Origin: Geosiphon pyriformis uo1
Taxonomy: Eukaryota; Fungi; Glomeromycota
Length of the DNA stretch: 64,000 nucleotides
NCBI GenBank assembly: GCA_016748015.1
Contig: JAAOMT010000648.1
Span: 186,001-250,000 of the forward strand
Direction of reading: 5' to 3'
This document shows, piece after piece, positions 1-11,089 of this stretch; position 1 is the stretch's first letter; every line of letters starts with the position of its first letter. Under the pieces are notes generated by a model. The model worked only from the letters and a program-made list of their open reading frames with translations. It was not told the origin of the DNA and did no database searches. A program made the position numbers and the translations under genes.

Positions 1-319
1 TGCCCTTAAACAAGAGCTGAACAGAAATAACCTGACCAGGAATCTCCTCCACCTTAGATACATGACGGGCCAAAGAAGTGTTCATAACAATCACAACCCC
101 AGCACCCATGAAACCCTTATCCAAGCCAGAAGAAAATATTTGCACTCCATCAAATTTATCCTTTAACCATGGCCCAGAAGAGGACCTCAACTTAGTCTCA
201 GTAATAAAAGAAACCATATTTCCCGAGCTCACATGCCAATGAACAACATCTGCTTGCTTCGCGGGAACATTGATACCCCGAACATTGCACATAGCAAATT
301 TCCAAACCAAACTACTCAT
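1..319 (-). CDS. LINE ORF2 N-terminus: apurinic-like endonuclease (partial, runs off the window)
   Basis: Manual translation MSSLVWKFAMCNVRGINVPAKQADVVHWHVSSGNMVSFITETKLR...GFMGAGVVIVMN...; the NVRG, ETK and GV motifs of APE domains are present and the frame is open to the window edge. Confidence 0.85.
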   Translation of the reverse strand, partial: MSSLVWKFAMCNVRGINVPAKQADVVHWHVSSGNMVSFITETKLRSSSGPWLKDKFDGVQIFSSGLDKGFMGAGVVIVMNTSLARHVSKVEEIPGQVISVQLLFKG

Positions 320-2271
320 TGAGATGGAGGAAAAGCCAATGAACCCGATCCAGAATGCAGATGATCCAATTTATCCAAGACCGAGCAAACTGAAGCCTCA
401 AGAGCCATCATATTTGACTCCAAACTGCCAATCTTGGCAGTCAAAACCTTAGAACTGCTTGGACTGAAATCAACAACTGACCCACCAACATTGGGAGAAG
501 AAGAGGCAGACGACAACAATGTGCTATCCAAATCCAAACTTGAGTCCATATCTGAAACAACGACAGTTGGAGACACCAAAGGAAGAGCTAAGGGAGAAGG
601 TGCCAATGGCACCAAGTCAACGAAACTTAATTTCTTTAAAATGAGTAAGACTTGGTCTGCGAGAATTTCCACGGAGCGTTCCAGCACAGCTAGGCAACCA
701 CCTAAATCAGCGGCATCAGATGAGGAGGAATCCATTGAGAAAGCCTTCAAACCAGAGACCAAACTGACACTAGGAGCACCCGAAAAGACAACACGAGAGG
801 GAGAACGGCCTGCCACTTGGGCCCACATCTTTCCACCAAAAGAAACTGGACGAGTGACAGGAGCCAACTTCTTCTTATATATCCCAACTAGATGAACCCA
901 ATCTTGCTCAGAAACCACCCTTCTTCCTCGAACACCAGAATACTCACCCAAGGAACAGTTGACCAAAACATAACCAAATTGTTTACAACGAGCACAACTG
1001 GCCAAAAAAAGACCAGCCCAACGCAAACTCACATTTCTGAAAACTGGAACGGTATCAATAGCAGCCAACTTGGATGTCTTATCATCAAAACAAATTACAG
1101 CACATCTATCACGAACATATGAACTAGGGTTATGGCTGATATAACAAGTCTTCCTACCATATGATTCCAACAAACTGAAGAGATCATGAGCATTGGTGCC
1201 AACTGGAAGAGTATAGAGCAAAGCCCGATACTGATCCCTCAATATCCATGTTTGTTTATCAATATTTGCCTTTGCCACACGGACAGAATCCTTTCCCATG
1301 AGCACAGACCATCTAGCTGCGACCAAATCAGCCATCTCAGATGATTTATATTTCACCAGAGCCTTTTGTCAAAGACCAATAAGCTGCACTTTAATTGAAA
1401 CAATCTTGCCAAACTTGGAAAACACTGCCTCAATTGCCAATTTGGGAAGATCTACTGGGATTTCCTTGACAATCACCTCCCGATCTGAATGGCTGTTTAC
1501 TTTTCTTAAATCATCATTTACCAATATTTTTTCACTGATTGCCATATCCCTCGCCTTAAACAAACTTTTTTCAGATGTAAATGATGACTTTATTATTCCA
1601 GGAAATTTTGAAAAAGTCGAAGTTCCCCCAAAACCATCAACCTGATAAAAAATTTTTTTCACACAAACCAACTTATCACCAATAGTTTTGTCAGGAACGG
1701 CAGATAGCTCAATATCCAATGCAAACGATTTTGACAAAATAAAACTCCGTTTCTCCAGAGCACGTGACCTGACTGGAGGAAGGCAATTGGACCCACAAAA
1801 TTTAGAACTCAGAAGAGGCAGAGTGTCTTCACTATCACTTAGCATGTTGAAAGAGAGAGATGGCGGCTTACTATTCAGAACATAGGTGCGGGTACGCGTC
1901 TTTCTTGGCATGGCATTGTTCATGTCGTCATCCAAATCTGAAACATCCAACACTGCATAGCTAGTTTCCTCAGTGACAACGTTTTCCAAGTTATCCAAGT
2001 CCAAGACGCCACTTACACTGTCCACTTCGCTGTTGACCTTGCTAGCTCACAATTGCCCAATATTAGGTCCGTCACCACTTTCATCCATAACGTTCGAGAC
2101 ACCAGCAGACAACTCCACCAAACTGTCAACCACCACAGGTTTCTTCGGCTTCTTATAGGACGCACCGCGAGATTGAGGACCAACCGAATGCTTATTTTTG
2201 ACACTAGACTGGGTTCCCAACCCAGCCGAAACGGATCCAGAACCACCAGCAGCAAAGCCCACTGGTTCCAT
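316..2271 (-). pseudogene. LINE ORF1 (gag-like; RRM-like regions, degenerate zinc knuckle, C-terminal coiled coil) with two in-frame TGA stops
   Basis: ORFs 2047..2277, 1369..2025 and 316..1356 are all in one frame. The stops at 2047 and 1369 fall where Trp is expected (IGL*QKA). Contains CARCKQFGYVLVNC, a degenerate CCHC knuckle. Confidence 0.85.
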
Positions 2272-2400
2272 AGCCACAAAAAGGGGAATGTCTGAAAAAA
2301 TAACTGGAGAAAAGTGAAGGGGAAAGGGAAAAGAAAGGCTATTTCAGTGATGACTCAAAGCTCTCGTTGTGACCAAGGAATCAACAAAAGAAGTCTTTTT

Positions 2401-4550
2401 ATAAAACAAATTTAAGAATATTTCAATCCAAAAATAAGTTAAAAATAAACACACAAAAATATTAACAATTTTAATACTATATTAATACTTAATAATTTAA
2501 GAAAAAATTATCTTAAAAGAAACAAACAACACAAAATAGCAATTAAAATATTTTATTACTTATTAAAATATATTATATTAAAAAATAAAAAAAAACCAAA
2601 TTAATTACTCAAAATAATAGTAAAACCAGAAAAAAAAACAATACTATTCAATATATATTTAGATATAATAGCAGAATATTTTTATAAAGAAGCAATTATT
2701 AAAAAAACCAGAAAAAAATATTATTGGCTATTTATGTATTTAAATATTATTTAATAAGTTCAAAATTATAATGTTTATCAAAAAAAAGAACATGATTCAA
2801 TAAACTACTAAGACCAATTAAAATAAAATAGTTATTTGATTAAATTGGAATTGATTTAGTAAGACTATTAACTATTATTAATAAAAACAACAAATATATA
2901 GCAATAATAATAAACTATTTTACCAAATAACCAAAAATTAAAACTATTTAAAAAGCAGATACAAAATTTATAGCCGAATTTATATACTAAGATTTAATTT
3001 ATTAACACAAATATTTAAAAAAATTGTTATTAAATTAAGAAACACATTTTGTAAACAGAACATTAACAAAATTAAATCAAAAATTTAGAGTAAAAAAACT
3101 ACTATTATTAATATATTACTTAAACAAATAGCTTAATTAAAAAGTTCAATAGAATATTTTATAAAACAATAGCCAAAATTAGTCAAAAAAATTAAAATGA
3201 ATAAAATTTGTTTATATTATTAGTATTATTTGTTTATAGAATAATAAAACAAGATACTATACAAGCAATATTATTTAAATTAGTTTAATAAAACAGCAAT
3301 ATTACCAATTAAGATAAATATTCAAACATATTTAATTAAACCAATAATAAGAGCTAATTTTCAAACAATATTATTGTAAAAAACATATAATTTAATAGAA
3401 ACTCTAGAAAACAAAAGAAAAAAAACAGCTAATAATATTGAAAAATTACAAAAAAAATAAAAAAATAACATAATAATTAACTATTAGATAAACCAATTGA
3501 ATTTAAGATTAAAAACAAAATACTATTATATTATATCAAAACAAAAAAACAATAGAGTAAAAAGTTTGACTCCAAATAAAACAATCTATTTTATATCAAA
3601 AAAATTTTGAAAAATAAAACATATAAGCTAAGATAAAACAATAAAATCTTAATTAAAACAGCACATAATAATTAATTAAAACTAAATTACAATATATTAT
3701 TATTATTTATCAATAATATTATATAATTAGAAGTATAAAAAATAATAGTTTAACCAAAAAAAACTCCACAAGATTTAAAACCAATTATAATTATTAAAGT
3801 AAACACATTAAAAAATTCAGTTAAAACTATTTAAAAACTTGGTATATATAACAAAAAACAATAAAAAATGAAAATTATAAACAATATTTATATAATTGCA
3901 TAACAACTATTTTAACTAATTAAACAAAAAAAATTGGATATAAAAATTATAATTAATTAACAAACTATCTAATACAAAAATACAGAAAAAAAACAAAAAC
4001 ATTAGAATAATTTACAATACTATATACAATTAATTATTAAAAATATAGTAGACAAAATACTAGAAAAAGTAAAAATTATTTTTGAAAATTTGATAATAGT
4101 AATATTATTAATGAATTAACCAAAAAAAATTGGAATTAATAAACACAACAATTTTTTAAAAACTTTTACTACTATTATTTAAGAAAAAAACTGAATATTT
4201 AGATTTGTATATATATAAAATTAAGTAAATATTTAATATTATTATTTTACATTAAATAGAACAATTTGTAAAAAAAACAGTTTAGTTACATATTTAAAAA
4301 CAATTTACTAACTATAAACAGAATTTTAAGATTGTTTAAAAATATTATTATATCTAACCATAAATACAATAATCATTAATTAGTTAAAAAAAAATATTAA
4401 TGCTTAATTTGAAAAATTACAAATTAAAATTATTGAGACAATTCTAAAAAAAAAACAATAGAATTAATTCAAAAAAAATTTAGGAAATTTTAATAAAGCT
4501 TAATATTAAAAAAAAATAATATTATTTATATAAATTAAAAAAAATAATAA
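2401..4550 (+). mobile_element. Heavily mutated Ty3/Gypsy pol relic (integrase core) plus a downstream ORF-like relic
   Basis: From 2838: D*IGIDLVRLL...NYFTK*P (ancestral DRIGIDLVGPL...DYFTKWP). From 3039: ETHFVN. From 3124: TNSLIKKFNR (ancestral TNGLVERFNR). Confidence 0.65.
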
Positions 4551-4569
4551 TTAAATAAAATAATTAATA

Positions 4570-7500
4570 AAAAGTAAATATAGAAAAAAAAATTCTAGAA
4601 TTCTTCTTACAAAAATTTTTAGAATTCCAGAATTTTAAAAAGTTACTAAACAGAAATTACAAAATCTTAAAATTTTATAAATTTTATAAATTTACTTAAT
4701 AAGAATTATAAAATTCTAAAATTTTAGAATACTATATAAAAAAAATAAAAAAATTTCAAAAAATTTTATATAATAAAAATTATGTATATATAATAATAGC
4801 ATTAAAAAAAACAGATAAATAGTTAAAAACAAGACTTTTTAATTTAAAATTTTATTTATTATTTTATTTCAAAAATTTGTTTTTTATAGTTTAAAATAGA
4901 ATTATACTTATTTCAATAAACATATTATATATTTTATTATATATACTATTATAATTGTTTAATTGAATACTTGTTATTTTTATCCATTAACACTTATGTT
5001 AATAAACTCTAATATTTAATCATACAAAAACAATAATTCTTAATTATAACTATTAATAAAATACTAATTTTTTCTTTTTTTTTATTGGTTTTATTTTATT
5101 TTATGTTATTAATTGTATTTTGTGTATACTAATTAATTACGAAATTAAGTATTAAAATTATTAATATTAAGAATAATCTGATATAAAATCTGTAAAACAA
5201 AAGTGAAAACTTAAGAATAGTTTATTAAAAAAACATAATTGTCAGATTAAATCAGCCTTTATACTAAAAAAAATTCAAAAATACACAAATTAAATCTTTG
5301 TTTATTATACAAAAGACTCAAAAAAAAACTTTTAAATTATAAAAATATTTAGAATCTTATTATTATTAATCAACTAGTATCAAGTTACAGATTTTAATTA
5401 TCAAAGCCAATTTTTAGATTTTTTTATTTGTAATAATATTGACCAAAAATTTTTTCTTTATAACTAGCTGCTTAGCAGTTTTTAAATTAGTTACAAATAT
5501 AAATAAAGCTTTAATAATATCTTAGAATTTTGAGAAAGTTAATATTTTTTCAAAACTATTAACTTTATAAAAAAAAATTTTAACAAATTTGAGTTTGTTA
5601 TTTAAAGATTTGTTAAATATTATACTAAAGTTAACATTTAAAGTAAAAAATTTGATTGAATTAAAGCATGTTTTTCTTTTAATACTTTTATAATTGGTTT
5701 AAAAACAAGTCTAATTAAAAAAAACTAGAAAAACAGAAATTTTATTATTCTTTTTTTTATCATTAAAGTTTTTAAAAGCCAATTTTTTAAGGAAATTTTT
5801 TAAATTATAGAATTAAATATAAGTTTTTTTAAGTATTGTCTTATTTATGTTTTTACTATTATTAAAGTTATTGGAATCAGCAAAGCTAATTTCTTCTATT
5901 ATTATGTTTTTTAAATTATTCACATTAGACAAATTGTTAATACTACTTTTTTTACTCTTAATTTACTGTTCTAAGAATAATATTTACCAATACTATTATC
6001 TTTAAGCACATCTATGATCAAAACTCTAGTTAAAAAATTTATAAAGCTAAAATTAACAATAAAGTTTTCCAATTTTTGACCAAAATTTTTTAATGTATAA
6101 ATATATAAATTGCAATTTTTTTTTAAATTAAAACAATTTTATATTTAAATCTTACCAGAATTTACGAAATTAATTAACATATTAATATGTTTTATAATTA
6201 TGAATAAATTTATATTAAAAAAAATATTTAAAAGTAAGTAAAAAAATAAATGAAAAAAAATAATATAATTAAATACTTCTAGTTTTTGGTGGTTTTATAG
6301 TGATAAAAGATCAATAAAACAAAAAAATCTTATATTAATGCTTTTAAAATTTAATATTAGATATTAATTATAATTTTTAGTAAATATTTATTCAATATAC
6401 TTTGCAAAATTAATAATTATACAAACCAAAAAATAATAATAATAATAATAAAAAATAAAAAATTAATATTATTATATTGATTTTTGTTTTTAAATATATT
6501 ATATAAAAAATATCAATAATTAAATTAAATTATTATTATGTTTTAATAAAATATAATTTATGTGTTTTTATATATTACTAATTATTTAAAACAATTAAGA
6601 TTAAATTATAATAAATTTATAAAAAAAAACTTATATAAATGATTATTTTTTGCATAATTAAAATTAAATTATTATTATTAAAAATTAATTTATTTATCTA
6701 TATAATAATTTTATTTGTATTAAATTTAATAGTAAAGTTTTAAAGTTTTTAACAAAAAAACTTTAATTATTATTTATATTATATTTATCTTAAAATTAAT
6801 TGTTTTTAATTAAGTTATAATAATTTTTAAAAAAATACAATTTGTTTTTTTATTAAAAAAATTTTTTTAATAGCAAATAAAATAATAAATATTTTATAAT
6901 TAAAACAATTAATAAATTAATAAATTTAATAATAGATTTAAACAACAAAATCAAATTTGTTAATTTAGATTTTAAAAAAGTTAATTTAAAATTAGGTTAA
7001 AAGTAACAATTGTAAAAAACTTTTAAAAAAATAATAATTTTAACATAAAATTTTGTATTAACAAAATAATTTTTTAAAAATTTAATATTAATTATAAGTT
7101 AAATAAAAAGTTAAAAAAATAAAATAAAGATATTTTGTATTTAAAAACAAAACAACATAAACTTTAACATTTAAAATAGCAATAATAATTAAGAATATTA
7201 TATTAAATATGGTTTTTTAAAGTATTAATTTAAACAATAACAGCAATTAAATTTTTTTAAAACCAAAAATAACAATAACATATTTTAATTACCAAATAAA
7301 ATTAAATAAAACAAATATAATTATCTACTTAAAATGCCAATTTATTAATTTTAAAAACAATACAACCAAAACAGTATTTGAAAATATATAAAGCTTAAAA
7401 TAAACAATATTATTATTTTTTAATAAATTTTAACTTAAAAACTTCAAAAACATTTAAAATATTATATAAAACAACAATAATAAAAACAAAAGCAAATTTA

Positions 7501-8700
7501 AAATATTAAGCAATTTAACTACATATTAATTAAAATTAATTTTAAAAATATGTTTTTATTATTATTACTTAAAAAAAACTATTTTTTGTAATTAAATTTA
7601 AATTAATATAAAAAAATTAAGTAAAATTAATATCTTATTTTTTTAAAAAATATTTTCTTAAATACCTTAAAAAAATTGAAAATAATAATTTTAAAAAAGA
7701 AACAAGTTGTTTTTTAACTTTTATTATTTTTGACTATTTAAATAAAAATAAATTAACTATTAATTTATTGTTAAATTTTAAGTTTTTTTATTATAATAGC
7801 AATAATATTAAAATTAATTTTAATTAATTATCAAAAAAAAAAGTTATATAATAAAAAACCTTTATTTAAAACCAAAAAATATTTTATTAATAATATTATA
7901 AATAATTATATAATATAACTTATAAATTAATCTGTATTTTAATAAATAAATTTGAAAATTTTTGTGAATTTAAAAGTTTTGATACTAAAATTTTTTATAT
8001 AATAAACTGAAATTTAAATAATAATAAAAACAATATTTGGTGTTTTATTTTTTTGGCATAATAATTAGTTTATTCTAGTGTTTTTTATCTTTTTAATAAA
8101 TAATCTAATTTATTAATAATTTAATTTTATATTTATTTTTGTATTTTTTATTAAACAACTTTTAATATTATAATTCTAATACTTTTTTTTAATCAATTAA
8201 TATAAATAATAAAATAAAATATAAAGAAAAAAAATAAAAAATAAAAAATAGAAAATTAATAATTTTGTTAGATTTTTGAAATAAATATTATTAATATCTG
8301 TGGTTAATAATAATATAAGTTTAAAAAATAAGTAATTTCAATAAGATAAATAGTAATTTATGTATTAAAATAATAAATAAATAATTGGTAATTTTATTAT
8401 AAAAATTTTTGCTTTAAGTATTAGATTTTTAATTATTAAAGCTATTTAATAAAGCTTAAAAAAATATTTTAATTTTCTGTTTTTAATATTATTACTATAT
8501 ATATATAAATTTTTATAATACAAATTTTTGGAATTTTTAATAATTTTTACACTTTTTTTAAATTGTTATTAAAATTTTTAGTATTTTTTTTAGTATTTTT
8601 AAAATTTTTAGTATTTTTAAAATCTTTAGAATTTTTATTGGTATTTCTGAAATTTTTGATATTATAATTTATAATTTATAATTGATAAATTTATGCTATA
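4570..8700. mobile_element. Possible degraded DNA transposon (hAT-like?) bounded by arrays of eroded GAATTC-type subterminal repeats
   Basis: Repeat clusters aaattctagaattc/tagaattccagaatttt at 4590-4730 and aatttttagtattttt/ctttagaattttt at 8525-8660. No transposase motif could be read with confidence. Confidence 0.3.
5270..6130 (-). mobile_element. Degraded LINE ORF1 relic homologous to the element at 1..2400
   Basis: 5521-5680 aligns by eye with 1600-1760, with mostly C>T/G>A differences. Confidence 0.55.
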
Positions 8701-9453
8701 TTTAACTATTAATTATTTTTCTTATTATTTTATAAGTAATAATAATTAAAAACTGTTTTGTATTTTTATTACTTAAAAAAAAAGCTTTATAAAAATATTA
8801 TTTAAATGTTTTTATTTTTAAAAAAGTTTTTAAATATTAAAACTATTAAAAACAGTAAAAAAAATATTTTACTTTTTATAAAAATATAAGAAAAAAAATC
8901 TAATATAATAATTTACATTATTTATAGTTAAAAATTAAAAAAATAAAATTAGCCAAAATTTTTTTTGGTATTATTATATAAAAATTCTGGTTTTTTTAAA
9001 TTTTATAGATAAAAACATTAAGTTAATATATTTTATTATTTTGGAATTTAATAAAATAAAAAATATTGATGTTTAAAAAATTGAATTATTTATATATATT
9101 TTAAAAAAATTTAAACCAAAAATTTATTTAATAAACAAACCAAACTTAAAATAAAGTTAATAATTATATATTTAGACAATCTCCAAATTTAATAGAAATA
9201 AAAAAATTATTACTGCAAAATAATATTTAAACAAAGTTTAAATATAAACCAAATTCAGGTTGCCAAATAATAATGTTCATTAATGTGTTGTTTCTTTTAG
9301 TTTTTGCTAAATACAAAACCAATTTTTACCAAACAATGAACAACCAAAGTATGTTTGTGCTTAAATTTCAAACATAATTATTCTTTAGTTGGAAAATTTT
9401 TAAAGAAATGTTGAATAAAAGCGTGGCTTTGCTATTTTTTAAATCTTTAGATT

Positions 9454-10910
9454 CTACTTTCGCCTTTGCTTCTTAATACTTTTATTTGAGACAGTCAATT
9501 GTGGTTTCTTGCGTTTGTTATCGATGAAAACATCCTTTGTCGCATTACCTTTAGAAGAGACACCTTCTTTTTTCAATTTACTTTTGGCAAACAAAATGTT
9601 TTTTGTAGTGTTTATTTTTTTAGTTGAATCTTTTCTTTTCTCTTTCTTTTCTAAAGTTTCTCGTCCTTTAGTAGCTTCTATTTCCGATACGGATGTCACT
9701 GATGATATTACTTTATCCTAATTAAATAAAATTCGCATTAGAATAGATATTTTAATGAATTCAGCTTTTTTTTATATAAACAAACCTCTATATTCGCTAT
9801 TGTCTCAGGTACTAATGGTTTATTTCTTGCCAGATTGATTTGCTCTTGTACAGTCCTAAGCTCTTCTTCCAGACGACGTAATTCTTCGCGTTTCGTTTCA
9901 AGAACTGTTATTCCAAATCCCAATATTCATTCCAATCCATTATTGAAAAAAAGGAAATTGATGTAAAAAGAAATGAAGATTAAGTATTTATTTACCTAAA
10001 AATGGCTGTATCAAGATAGTATTGGAGCGGGGATCATAAACATTAGATATTTAGTGAAAATTATTACTAACAATAGTGGAGCAATTATACCTACGTCTTG
10101 AGGCTTTGGCAATTCAATCTTGCTCCAGACCTCCTCCGGAACTTCGTATCTTGTGAAAGTCAAATAAATGCTCTAATTTCTAGTCTCTCATATTGGTCAA
10201 GGGATCTAATAAAAATAAAAGAACCAAGCTCATGCTTACAGTGCTTTATTTTTTGCAATTCTAGCCTTGATTTCTTCGCGTAATGGTCTTGCTAGTTAGC
10301 CCGAGTTTTTTATGATTAGTTAATTATAAAAAATTATTCCTTAGAGCATACCTTATAAATCTTTTACTAACCTCCCGTATTTACTATGCAGTTATTTTTT
10401 CGCTTAATATGTGGTCCTTGAATTTTTGCATTCTTTTCTCCTATTACGAGAGGATCAATATGTAACCCGCCAAATTCTAGGTGAACATTGTAGCTTCTTA
10501 GTATTGTTTCATTTTCTCAGTGTCTCAAAATGAGTAAAAAAGTCAATTGATAATTTCTTACCTGCAGTGCTTTGTTGTCCTAACATCCGTTGCAATTGAA
10601 GATTCATTTGAGCATTAGTTTTACCCGGAAGACATTCTGATTCAATAATTTTAGCCCAATTCCCAATTCCGAATTTCATCAGAGCTTTTCGCAATATTTC
10701 GTTTTCTTCTTCTGACCAGCCTGAAAGCATGAATGCAAACAAGTATTCGAGTGAGGTGGTAATCTTGAAGCGAAATCAAAGAAAGGGTTTTATCATACCA
10801 GGGGAAAGAGTACAATTCCAGAGACTTGCGGAATCGTTGGATCTTAAAACGTTTCGTGGACCGGTGGGCATGCTTTGGGGTCTATGAACATCTTCAATTA
10901 TTGGCGGCAT
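9454..10910 (-). CDS. Myb/SANT-like p1 (AMTP1) homolog, a subunit of the MTA1c/AMT1 DNA N6-adenine methyltransferase complex; about 8 exons
   Basis: Spliced translation MPPIIEDVHRPQSMPTGPRNVLRSNDSASLWNCTLSPGWSEEENEILRKALMKFGIGNWAKIIESECLPGKTNAQMNLQLQRMLGQQSTAEFGGLHIDP...KRKNNCIVNTG...YEVPEEVWSKIELPK. It matches the ciliate p1 signature as I recall it (SLWNxTLSPGW...GCLPGK...QRLLGQQS...RKNNCIINTG). Exons include 10910-10799, 10720-10562, 10476-10372, a 10-nt micro-exon at 10005-9996 and 9717-9454; GT-AG introns. Confidence 0.8.
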
Positions 10911-11089
10911 CGTCTAAGGTTTGGAATTTAAAACGGGAAAAATAAGGTTTGAAGTAGACGAAGGTACTATGTTTAAATTTTGGATGTTGTGAAACGCGTC
11001 AAATCTACTATTTATTGAAGCGCGCGTAATTCAAATATTCTGATGGTCACGCGTTATTTCAGAAATCGAAAGCTCCAGTCCATCTAAAC
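10911..11089. promoter_or_regulatory. 179-bp bidirectional promoter with MluI cell-cycle (MCB)/E2F-like boxes
   Basis: ACGCGT at 10994-10999 and 11049-11054, and GCGCGCGT at 11020-11027, between divergent ATGs at 10910 and 11090. Confidence 0.6.

Larger units (their letters stand above)
1..2400 (-). mobile_element. Relatively young APE-type LINE (non-LTR retrotransposon), 5' part; continues off the left edge of the window
   Basis: About 40% GC in a sampled 60-mer, against the AT-rich flank starting at 2401. Contains a 5'UTR beginning AAAAAGACTTC at 2400, then ORF1, then the APE-encoding ORF2. Confidence 0.9.

Noticed and set aside
434-1645. Plus-strand ORFs of 60-153 aa (also 38239..38586 and 37353..37907)
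   Set aside because: Antisense shadows of ORF1 coding sequence with no independent motifs.
316-2277. In-frame TGA codons at Trp positions suggesting TGA=Trp recoding or readthrough
   Set aside because: Host genes use TGA as stop (FANCL, the first lipase-like gene), a TAG also occurs at an apparent Trp codon (38010), and G>A hypermutation explains all cases.
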